64,000 nucleotides of DNA. It comes from the human T2T-CHM13v2.0 reference genome, Homo sapiens. This document shows positions 52,352 through 64,000 of the stretch, in pieces. The notes under the pieces are model-generated. The model ran no database searches. It saw nothing but the letters and a program-made list of their open reading frames with translations, and was not told the origin of the DNA. Position numbers and translations under genes: made by a program. How positions within the stretch are numbered: the first letter of the stretch is position 1; each line of letters opens with the position of its first letter. The DNA lies in assembly GCF_009914755.1 (NCBI RefSeq), contig NC_060937.1. The stretch is one strand, 5' to 3'.

Positions 52352-52820
52352 TGTGAAAAGAAAATATCTTGGGCCCTCAAAATCATTAAATTAAAGGGAA
52401 AATTCAAACTGGAAATTGTTTAGGACAAACCTGACTCCCATTTTATTTAAAGTCATCCCTCTCTTCATTGAGATAAATTTATATCTGATTACCTTCTTTG
52501 GAAAGGCTAATTAGAAACTCAAAAGAGTACAGCCATTTGTCTCTCACCTATCTGGGACCTCCCCACTTCGAGTTACTTGCATTTGTCTGGCTTTTGCTTC
52601 CAGTTTTCCTGCCTTTTGAGGCCGAACAAATGTTCATTTTACATGTGTTGATTGATGTCTCATGTCTCCTTGTAATGTATAAAACCAAACTGTGCTCTGA
52701 CCACCTTGGGCACATGTCATCAGGAACCCCTGAGACTGTGTCACAGGCAGGCATCCTCAACCTTGACAAAATAAACTGTGTAAAGTAACTGAGACCTGTC
52801 TCAAATTTTCGAGGTCCACA
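52352..52820 (+). mobile_element. MER4A1-like solo LTR
   Basis: tgtgaaaagaaaatatcttgggcc...gtccaca; perfect TSD catt. Confidence 0.9.
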
Positions 52821-54047
52821 CATTAAGAATATTTTGAGAATAGATGTTATTAGAAAAAAAAAATTTACTTTGACATGTAAGTTAAAATACTTTTCATATT
52901 TCTTTTTATTTTCTTCTTGTCCTTCCTTTGCAGAATTCTGTGTGGTATGCACAGAAGCACACATGCTTGTGTGTGTGTGTGTGTGCATCTGTGTAACTCT
53001 CCTGTGTATAAAATTTTTATTCTGTTGCTTTTATGCAGCTTATACACATTATCCAATAATTACTTTTTGTAGTCTGTATTTCACATTATACATGAGCATT
53101 TTCCAAGCTACCATTAAGTATTAACATTGAAAGGCAACTTGAGAGGCCAGCTAGTTAATCCATTAGGGTTCAGAAATGTGTCCCTTAAAAAATGAAAAAT
53201 TAGGTTGATTTTTAAACTTAGAAAAGAGATTACTAACAATCTTTCTTATAATACTGAAGTATGCTATTAATTAATAAAATGTTCCATACGGTGACAACAT
53301 GTAATAAATATTGATATAAGGAATACTTATCTATTTCATTCATATCAGAATGATCAGGGTGGGCAATATAATAGGAAACAATGAAACAAAAAATATGAAA
53401 TTAGCTTTGACAAAATCAACTTTTTGAAGAAAATTTTGAAGTTTACAAAGACCAATTCAAGGAATATGTAACAAATAAATGTTCATTTGTATATGAATGT
53501 GAATGAGAGTTCCAAATTCTGTCATTATGGCAATGTACTTAAAAAAATAGAACTTATATATGAAGTTCGATGTAACTGAACTCAGATCAAAATCTAAATG
53601 ATAGGTTTGTGGATGTTTATTTTGAATTTTATGAAAGGATTTAAAATTTCAAATAAAGTACTATGTATGTAAAAACTGAACACAATTTTTAGAAATAAAA
53701 AGAATAACAATTGAACCCACCAATAGACAGTGTGAAGACCTATGGAGTTACAGTAACGTAAGCAATATAATGTTGATTTCCACAAAACAGAGATAAATCA
53801 ATGGACTATGTAAAAAAAAGCCTATAAACACTACAAACTGTTCATTATAAAGGAATAATTAAGATTTTATATCATAGCTATTGGAATAGATTGTCCTGAA
53901 ACAGTAAGTCTTCTTTAAAAAACAAAAGTGAAATCACTATATAATATTACATAGCAGCATAAACTGCAAACATTATTGGAAAATAATTACAACTTGGTTT
54001 TCTCCTTTCCTATATTTTTCATTCTTCATATCCACTGTTTCTTATCA

Positions 54048-54455
<408 letters not shown>

Positions 54456-55849
54456 CTATTGCACGGGGTCTCATGGAGGCTCATTAATGAAGGGCTCCGG
54501 TCTCTAGGGGGAAATTTGGATCCCTAGAAGAAGCAAGATTCCTTGACCAATCTGAGATCTGGAATGGGTGGTATACCAGAGAAATTACTAACATCAACTC
54601 AGAATTACTGATTTTTAAGTGAATAGCTTGAGTTTATAAGCCTTTGCTAGTAATTTTTATGTTGCTGATGCCTTTAAAATATATGTGTGTGTTGGGGGGA
54701 GGGAGAATTTTCCCAAGGTGAGTATCTTAGGATTTACTCATTTTAGTGCTGTGCCTTCATCATAGAATAGGTTATTTCCTGTTTCTTGCCTTATCATTGA
54801 AGCTGATTCCCTATAGCTTACAAGAAATGTTGTATATTCTTTAAGTGACCAGAGTTGCTATTATGGCTTGAAACCAAAAGAATCAATTGATAATGACTTT
54901 TTCCTTTTTCCTTTTTATTTCATAATTTGTTATACTTTTTCCCTTTTATGACCACAATGAAAAGTTTCACCACTATCTAGATTAGTTCTATATTTATTAT
55001 TACTGTTCATAATTCAGTTATCTCCTTTAAAGTTGTGGAGTCTCATTTCAGCACAGGAACTTTTTTAAAGTATTAATCCTCTGTTTGTTAATAACTTTTG
55101 GGAATACATCACTTCATATCGGGATGGCTAAATTTCATTGATTCCATCTCTTTTGCTAACTGAAAAGTCTCTAAGATCTACCAAGTCTTTACAATTGTCA
55201 TGTCCACTCCAATTCCCAACCGAATTTCCTCATGGTATAGGGATTGCATATAATTTTGACAGATACACCACTGCATTAAAGACGATAAAACAAAATACTT
55301 TATATCTTATGGTTATAGTATACAAAATTTTTCTTGGTATAAAATAAACAAGGATTTAAAAAAATTCCAATTCAAAACTATTATTTCTGATCCAAATGTA
55401 GGGAGACAGAGCTGTCAAGTTGTAAATAATGTTCTGTCTCTGACAGTTGGAAGAATAATTTCCTGGCTGCGTCATTGAAGGTATTGGGGTGAGGAATTAA
55501 AAGGATAAACATTTTCCTGATTTATATAAAATTATACTGGCTTTTGTTTTTCATAGATACTTCAAGCTATTCTTCTAGACATAATATAATGGGAGAAATT
55601 AGATCCAAGATTTACTTTTATTATGTGATAGAAACTGTACTGAAGCATTACGTTCCTTGGAAGCCATGATGCTACTTACTAGGAAACATAATGAGATCCT
55701 TGTCTGTATACCTGGCATAATGCTGCTGGACTTATCTTCACATAGGTATTGGAGAGGTAGAAAATGAGGACAAGGAGATCAAATCACATTTGATTTTAAG
55801 GTAAATTATCTGAAATATTAATTACACTTCTAAAAAGTACGGGAGGTAT

Positions 55850-56990
55850 ATTAGAAATATACTTTTAAACTGTGACTAGAAAATGGATAGATAATTATCA
55901 TGATGTGGGATTTATATAACACCTTCTGTGGCATATTATAAAATTTCAGTCCTCTAAGCAAATTTTCTCCTGTTTTTGAAACCTCTTATTATGTGATTAT
56001 TATTACTAGATTTTAATTTACCTGATGGACAAATACATTTAATAATACATGTGCTACTGGATATCAAATGAAAGCAAACAAGCATACTAAAAAAGAAAAG
56101 GAAACAATAAAACAAACAAACAAAGGATGGAAGGAAGGAAGGGATCACAAAAGTGTCCTAGAAATAAGACCGAACAAATTTACATTTAAATAAATCCAGG
56201 TGAGTTTAACTCATTCACTAAAATAGTTCCAACTTGACCAGAAAAGCATATCTGTCTTTATGTTGTATGCAAGAAACACATCTAAAACATAATGATTCCT
56301 GCGGGCTAAACATTGAAAAAAGAGCCAAAATATTATAGGGAGACTAAAATAAAAATTAAGGTACCTGATTTTGATACCAGAGAAAGTAGTAATTAGCCCC
56401 CAAAATAGTTGTTAAAAAAGTTAAAGAGGGAAAATTTGTGAGCTGTAACTATAATTCACAATGAAGATGTAACATTTATTTATACCTATAAAACATATAA
56501 TAAAGCAACAACTGTCATTAAGCAGAAATTTAAAAGAAAAACAGAGACTTTCATAGAAAATGACACATGCAAAGTAGATTTTAACACAGCTCTCAAAACT
56601 AGATGAATCAAGTGGATGCAAATAAATAAGATTTATATACTGTGACCACTATTAATATATAGGTAGATTAGATATATAAATTGATAGATAAGTAGATAAA
56701 AAAGCAAAAAAAAAAAAACAGTGAAAGAAGGAGAGGGTGAGAGAAAAAGAGAGATCTTCTGAAAATCAAATGATGTATGTTTTATCTTAAAGTGAAGATA
56801 GAACATTTGTAAAAAGTAGTTTATTGGACCATATAGATATCTGACACTATATTTCAAACAATAGAAATAATACAATACTGACCAAAAGTTCATGAGGCAA
56901 AACATTAATAAATTGTAATGGCTTTCAAGTTGGAAACTAAAGCAAACAAACAAAAAAAAATTAATATCATTTTGAATAATGAAGGTCAGA
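55850..56990 (+). mobile_element. Old L1 (L1ME-like) inter-ORF/ORF2 endonuclease relic
   Basis: tgttgtatgcaagaaacacatcta = CCMQETHL (L1 EN motif CCLQETHL) at about 56260. Confidence 0.7.
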
Positions 56991-58564
56991 TTCTGTAGAC
57001 ATCCTTCAAGTCTCTGTGGCTTTAAAATAAGTCTTTATTTTTTGCTGATGCCAAATGTTTGTAAATTTCCCTGTAAAGTGCCACTGATCTTGAGTTGCTC
57101 TAGGAAGTTAGGCACATTTGCCAGGCTACCATGCTAAACAGGGTACTGACTAGTGTGACTACCCTCGAGGTAGACAGGCCTGCTAGCAAGGAAAAGCCTG
57201 ACGCTGAAAGCTGGCCTGTGACCCTATTAAGGCCCCACTGAAGGAGGTGTTAGGGGGAAATGGGAGAGGATCATGGATTGGTGGGAGGAAGCCTAGTAGC
57301 CTGTTTGGAGCAGTAGCACCTGACAAGGAACCTAGGACTCTAATCTATTACTAAGTGATAGACGGTCCTCCAGGGGACCCCTATTTCCCCGCCAATCATA
57401 GACATCCCTCTCCTTTTTGTTTGCAAATCCCGCACCATATGCAGGCTATTTCTAGGATTGCTTGTCAACACACTTTCTATTCCTGCGTTTGTCATCGTTT
57501 GCATATCTTTAGTCTTCTTAGGTGCTTAGCAGGAGTTTCCAAGAACATTCTTTTTAACAAAAGATGCCACTCTCTGCTTGTTTCATAACCCGTTGAAAAG
57601 AAAAAGTAGTTGCTTCCTGAAATATACCAGTATCTTCAGCGACCTTCTACCTCATGGGGGAAGTTCCTCTTCCTTCAGTTTAGAGATCAGAGAGGAAAAC
57701 TGGCTTTCATAATTTTTCTTAATTCTCATCTTTATTCATTCTCTCTCTCTCTTTCCCTTTATTTTTTCAGCAAAATGTCCGAAGTTATCTACCGGCTTAC
57801 TTTCACATTTCATCCTCTGGGAGGACTTACCCAAAGCCATTTCATTTTGCTTTTTACTTTTATTAAACACAAAAGTGCCTAATAGCAGCTAATAATTTAG
57901 TTCCAGTTATCATTTAAAGACTTATTTTGTGGCCTTAATAGTTATTATTTGTACAAAAGCTCCAGCTTTTCAAGAATCAATTATTTTCAAACCCCAAAGG
58001 GTAAATTTTACTTTTACTTTTGGAAACCTTTTGAGTAACCTTACAGCACTGAAATTTACATTTAGACACAAACTCTTAAATGAAAGCACCCAGCTTCTGT
58101 GGACTCAAACAAGACATCTAAATAATATATAAAACATCATAGGTTTATATAATGGTAAATGTGATGATAACTTTAAAAAAGTGTGTGCTATAATTACATA
58201 TTTTATTGAGAAATAGAGCTCCTCCACTTAAATAAAGCAATGATATATCATACACAGAAAGTGTCTTGTCATTTCAGGTTTCCATTCTATTTTTTGTGAC
58301 AGGTGAAAAGTAAGCAATAAACAAGAAAAGCTGATAAGGTCAAATACCTGTAATGTTGTTTCCAGTTTGAAACACTTCAATGTCATAAAGATGCTGACAA
58401 ATGGAAAGACCTTTGAAGAAAATGCAGAAGGAGCTGAGAAGTTAAAATGAGAGATTAAAAGAATGAAATATGTACACTCTAGCTCCTCCATGACAAAGTA
58501 GGATGAGCTAAGTTATCTGTTTTGAAAAATATGGACGATATAATGCCAAAGAGCTTGCAGTGTC

Positions 58565-58569
<5 letters not shown>

Positions 58570-58618
<49 letters not shown>
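58570..58618. repeat. (AC)n microsatellite, about 24 perfect units
   Basis: Directly visible. Confidence 0.97.
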
Positions 58619-58620
<2 letters not shown>

Positions 58621-58827
58621 GTTTCTGAAATAATGGCTATATTTCCTTTGGAAAAGTTTTAATATAAAAGACATTCAAGCCTCAAAAATATCAAAAATGC
58701 ATTTTCATGTAATTATTCATATATTAAATTTTACCTTCTAAAATATTGAGATAAAATTCTAAGAGAAGAAATACCTCCACATTATTCATTGTCTATACGT
58801 CTACACTAAAATTGTTTTGCTATGGTT

Positions 58828-58995
58828 CAGCTCAGTGTATTGAATAGAGTATAAGCCTGGGAAAAATATATCCTGTTCTATAATTTCATAGCTGTCCTGC
58901 ACTAACAATAGTCCCTTAACCTCTTCCAGTCTTAGTTTCTTCATCTATGTATTATAATAAGAATATTGCATTGGATGTCTTTTTAAAACTTTCCT
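58828..58995 (+). mobile_element. MIR fragment
   Basis: cttaacctcttccagtcttagtttcttcatctat core. Confidence 0.55.
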
Positions 58996-59714
58996 GGAGC
59001 AATATTCACAATTTTATCAAAATAAAATGTAAACTATTGATTGTTGGTGATATTTCTTTGAATAAACAAACGGAATAGGGAGTATAGAAAGTACTCAAAT
59101 GTTTTTAAGAATTGTCTAATAAAATATAGTGATCTATAAAGCAGCAACAAGAGAGGCTGAAAAATATAGGAACTGCCTCTTTTTTCTAACTTCTTGATAA
59201 AAAGATTCAGTAAATAAATTAAGACTTCTATCTTAGGTAAGATAAAATTTAAGCTTGTCAATTCGTTTTCTAAAGGTGAGTACAGGAGGGTTTTTCACTG
59301 ACTCTGAAGCTAGGAAAGCACAAATGGCTGTGGAAAGACGAAGATTTAGCAGAGGACATGAGAATTTGGGTAGGTGTGTTGAATCCCTTGGTAAGGTGGT
59401 GAGGAGGATTACACTGCCTATTGATTATTTGAATCACTTTTAGAAACTAATTTAAGAGAAACTTTTGGCCTGAAGAAGACTTCCCTTTAGATAAATTAAA
59501 TCTTGTCCTTTCTTATCCACACTTCTTTTGAAGAGTAAATGAGAAGGAAAATAATTATACTTACAAAAATTACTAGAAGTTTCAAGGAGTTTATTTATGC
59601 ATTTATTCAAATGACCAATGATCATGACTAAAAAACTTAACAGCCACATATAGCTTATATTTTGTTGGATGAAAGAACAAAAAGTAAACCAATAAATATT
59701 TAGTATGGTAAGGA

Positions 59715-59970
59715 GTGGTTATTTCTGTATCTTTGATATTATGAATAATGGTGCAATAAACATGGCAGTTCAGATATCTCTTCAAGACCCTGATTTCAAT
59801 TCTTTTCGAATATACTGAGGAGCGGGATTGCTGGATTATATGAGAGTTCTATTTTTAATTTTTCTGGGAACTTCCACATTGTTTTCCATGACTGCAACAG
59901 TTCATGTTCCCATCAACAGTATGTAAGTGTTCCAGTTTCTCCATATCCTCACCAACACTTGCTATCTTAT
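59715..59970 (-). mobile_element. L1M ORF2 3' fragment
   Basis: gaataatggtgcaataaacatgg...gggattgctggattatat...ctccatatcctcaccaacacttg. Confidence 0.85.
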
Positions 59971-61399
59971 GTTTCTATTCACAATTCTTATAAAAAATAA
60001 ATCATCTAACTCCTGGCACTTGGATATTTTCTGCTAGTGCCATCCACTTATTACAAAGTCAGGTTCAAAACCCTAGACTATCACGTGTAGCAGATTGCTG
60101 CTGTAAGCATAAGTTGTGGCCACAGATGTTATTTAGATGCATCCCAATACATCTCACCAACTATGTTTTCTGGCCACAGAAGATTTAGTTTTATAAGTAA
60201 TTGAGGCAATTCTTGAAAAATAATACATTCTTAGTGAAAAATAATAATAAGATAGATAAATTGAAGTTAGGTCTAGCAGATGCTATTTTATTGCAGGAAT
60301 CAGCAGAGATGTCCAATACAGGCTGAGGTATCTTAAGTAATTTGTAGTACCGAAAATAAGAAGGAAAAGTGCCCAGTTGAGGCAACATGACTCTGTCAAG
60401 GATAATAGGCTTTACATGACAAGAAAAAGAAAATGATAGTACTTCCATTGCGGTGTCTGAGTTCCTTTATGAGATATATTCATTTCCAAGATATACTTTA
60501 AGGATTCCAAAATTACATTTGGAACTTGTAAATGAAAATATTTCCCCATTTTCTAAATTAACCAGTGACACAGAAAAACTTTCAAATGAAGTAAATGAAA
60601 AATGTAAAAACAAATACAATCGCTAAAACAATAATGATATTTAAAATTTGTCAAAAATAAAGTCTAGAAACTTTGTTCAAAAAGTCAATAATAGTGGGGC
60701 ACTGGCTGTAGACAACTTTAATATTCTTTTTTATTTGCTTACATGGTGTCTATTGTTGCTCCAGGCATCACATCATATCTTTACACAAGATTTTATGAAG
60801 AAAGGAAGTGAAAAACAACAGTCATGATCTGGCAGATGCTATGGTTTTGGAGATATTAGAGGGAGAAATATAAAGTCTGTAGCACTTCCTCATGAGAAAA
60901 CTACAATACAAGACATCGGCTTTTAGAACAAAGCCATGACACCTGCAACCCAGCAGTATACGGGTTTTGAAAAACTGGGCTTGCCTTTTATATAAAGGAT
61001 GGCAGGTGTGGCAGGATCAAAAAGAATTCATGAGCTAGAATTGTTACATCTGAGTGGAGGACAAATAGAATCAGAGAGTCAATTCAAGCTTCATTATTAT
61101 ATATTCCAGGGCCCACTGTCATCCATTGCTGTTTTAATAGTTCTCCTCTTTTATATCCCAATGGCAGTGGATAGATAACATAACTGCTACTTTCCCATTA
61201 CTTCTTAGATGCCTGTTGTGCATTCATTCACATTATCTAAATTCACCTTATGTAAAATGTTTCTCAATTAAACTATCAACTTGTCCCAGGAACTGTCTGT
61301 ACCCTGCCTACTACCAATGTGACCCAACGTCAATCAGATAATGAATGATCCAGCATGAAGCTTCAGGTTATTGCCTGAATCACTGTACCTCTCTTGACA

Positions 61400-61760
61400 T
61401 GCAGTGATGCAGGATATGTTTCTGGAAGCAGGTGCTGAAACAGAGTTTGAGGGTTTTAAAAATTATTATTATTAGGGAATAACACCCATGAAAGGAAGGG
61501 AGAAGAAGCAAGTTGGACAGAGAAAAAAGCTAAAACCTAAAAGCCTTCCCAGCAAAGCCTGATGGGAAGCTCTGGAGTAAATACTGTATTGTATGTCTGA
61601 TGTGTCTTGCTTGTGCCAAGAATTGATGGGCCTTTGCTTCCAAGGCTTATAAAATAACTAAATCCAAGATTCCTTGGGAGGGCAGCCTGAAGAAGTTGAC
61701 ACCTGTAAGTTTTCTGATGTCCACACTTCCTGCTGTTAGCCAGCAAGTCCTTCTCTAAAT
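61400..61760 (-). mobile_element. ERVL LTR remnant (LTR40/41/67-like)
   Basis: ctggaagcaggtgctgaaacagagtttg...gaagcaagttggacagag...gggaagctctggag. Confidence 0.5.
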
Positions 61761-61869
61761 TTGGTAGAATTTATCATTATCTACCAAAAAATCCTGTTGT
61801 ATAATGTACTAGGGAGTTGTCATAATTTGTTTAATAAAGTTGTTGCCTCGACATCTATTTTTAGACCTG

Positions 61870-64000
61870 ATTTAAACTTCTCTCTCAGTACTAATTTTTC
61901 AGCTGCATCCCATATGTTTTGTAAGTTGTATTGTGATTTTTATTAATTTCAAAACAAATAATTTAATGTCTCGTATTGATTTTTAATATAATCAAATTGT
62001 GGTTGACAAATAACTGCACAATTTAATCCTTTTAAATATTTTATATTATTTATATGACTTCAATAAATTTAAATTGATTGAGGCCGGTTTTATGGCCTAA
62101 CATATTCCATTCTGAAAAAAGTTCCGTATGATAATTGAAAAAGTTCCATATGATTCTTGAAAAAACTGTGAGTATTCCGTTCTTGTAGGGTGGAGTATTC
62201 TATAGATGCTAGTTAGCTCTGTAGTATTTTAGGTTTACTGTGTTCTTCAAGTCTCCTATTTCCATTTTGTTCTGTGCCTAATTGTTCTATACATTATTAT
62301 GAGGGGATTACTGAGCCTCTAATTACTGTTTTTAATTTTTTCCCTACAATTCTGGCAGTTTTTGCTTCATGTATTTGGGGATGTTTTGTTGGGTGCAAGT
62401 ACGTTTATAATTTCTATTTTTAAGGGATTGGCCCTTTGATTAATATAAAATGTCCTTTCTTGACTGTAGTTAACATTTTTTTCTCTTAAAGTCAATTTAA
62501 ATTAATATCACTATAGCCATTTCAGCTTTTGCTTCGTACTTGTTAGTATTATATATATTTTTTCACACTTTACTTTCAACCTATTATGTCTGAATATAAA
62601 TGCTTTTTTTCTGGAAAAAGCCTTATTATTTTAATTTATTAAATTATTATGTTAATTACTACTTTACATCACTTGATTGGAGAATTTAAATCATTTATAT
62701 TTATTGTAATTATTGACAAGGTCAGTTAACATGTGCCATTTTATTTGTTTTCTATAAGTTTTATGACTGTTTTGTTCCTCTAGTCCTCCATTACTCTGTT
62801 TCTTGTCTTAAATATCTATATTCTAGTGTACCATTTTACACATCTTGTTTCTTATATACATATGTTTGACATATTTTCTTAATGATCAGTCTGGCTATTA
62901 TAATTAACATCTTTTAAAAATTGGCCTGGATTAATAGCAACTTGCTTTCTGTAGTAATCTATACTAGTAGTCAACTTCTTGCTCCAGTATAGCTTGTTTA
63001 CCATCCCCCACCCTTTTTGGTGCTATTATTGGCAGAGAAATTGCATCTTTATACACTATAAACCCATAAACAGAGTCATATAATTATTGGTTTATAGAGT
63101 TGTCTTTTGAAAGAGGGACAAAGAGTCACAAACATAAATAAGTTTATATTTTCTTTTACATTTCCCTGTGTAGTTGGCTTTCTCGGTTGCCTTTAATTCT
63201 TCATATGGATCCAAAATAGTATTCTGGCCTCTATCGCTTTTGATGAGAAGTTCACTGTTAATATATATAGAATTACTGATACATGAGGAAGCATTTATCT
63301 CTTGTTTCTTTCAAAGTCCTCCCTTTAATGTGGCTTTCTACAATTTGAGGATGCTGTGCATTGGTGTCAGTCTCTGAGTTTTTGCTATTTAGAGTTCATT
63401 AACTTCTTATATGTGTAAATTTTTTTTAATGTGGAAAGATTTCAGCCAATATTTTTTCAAATATTATTTTTGACTATTTCTCTCTGCTTCTCTGGGACTC
63501 CCAAAATATATATATATATATTTCACGTTATGGTGTCCTGTTTGGTCACTGAGACTCCGCTAATTTTTCTTTATATATATTTCTTTGTATTTCTCAGCCT
63601 TGAGAATTTCCATTGACTTATTTTCAAGTGAGTTAATTTTTTCTTCTGCTATCTCAGATATGCTTTTGAGCCTATGTAGTAAATTTTAATTTTCAACTAT
63701 TGTATTTGAAAACTCCAGAATTTCAATTAGATTTTTTAAATGTTTTCTTTTTAATGAAATTCTTTATCTGGTAATATATTATTGTCATATTTTTCTTTAA
63801 TTCATTAGACAAGGTTTATGTATTTTTTTTACTTTTAGTATGTTAATTATATTTAATTAAAAGTGCTTCTTCAGTAAGACCAGCATCTGCGCTTTCTCAG
63901 GTACAGTTGTTTGACTGCTTCCTTTCTCTCTGTTTATGCATCATGCTTTCATGTTTCTTTTCATTTTTCATAACATTTTCTTGAAATTGGACATTTCAAA
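61870..64000 (-). mobile_element. Old L1 (L1MC/MD-like) spanning ORF1 and the start of ORF2, continuing past the window end
   Basis: gctgcatcccatatgttttg; ttttatggcctaacatat; gggtggagtattctatagatg; ORF1-type text at 63240-63720. Confidence 0.8.

Noticed and set aside
48761-52820. Full-length provirus between the clustered LTRs
   Set aside because: The LTRs are of different families and orientations, most with their own TSDs, and there is no PBS, gag or pol remnant.
51860-52988. 143-aa and 146-aa minus-strand ORFs
   Set aside because: They run across MIR, LTR and (GT)n sequence with no recognisable domain, consistent with chance ORFs.

Overview
AT-rich, gene-poor primate (human-like) genomic DNA. 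I find no intact protein-coding gene; the supplied ORFs are fragments of Alu, L1, LTR, microsatellite or pseudogene sequence. The only gene-derived sequence is an intronless, multiply disabled processed pseudogene of PEX12 (CDS-equivalent 40260-41324, + strand), preceded by a probable copy of the 5' UTR from about 39771. If human, this is probably PEX12P1 (recalled, not verified). The rest is layered repeat fossil record: about 14 Alu elements (two nested pairs), about 19 solo LTRs (MaLR, ERVL, ERV1/MER4 group, including a triple-nested set with readable target-site duplications), old L1, L2 and MIR fragments, and a hAT (Zaphod-like) transposase relic. Repeat subfamily names come from recalled consensus sequences and need RepeatMasker/Dfam confirmation. 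I see no evidence for a new multi-gene system. The most notable observations: (1) several lesions in the PEX12 retrocopy appear to match PEX12 patient alleles as I recall them; (2) the retrocopy ends in an A-tract at the stop codon, about 20 nt after an in-CDS ATTAAA; (3) a 175-bp local duplication embedded in (TA)n tracts has divergence strongly biased to cytosines; (4) there are several small template-switch-like scars.
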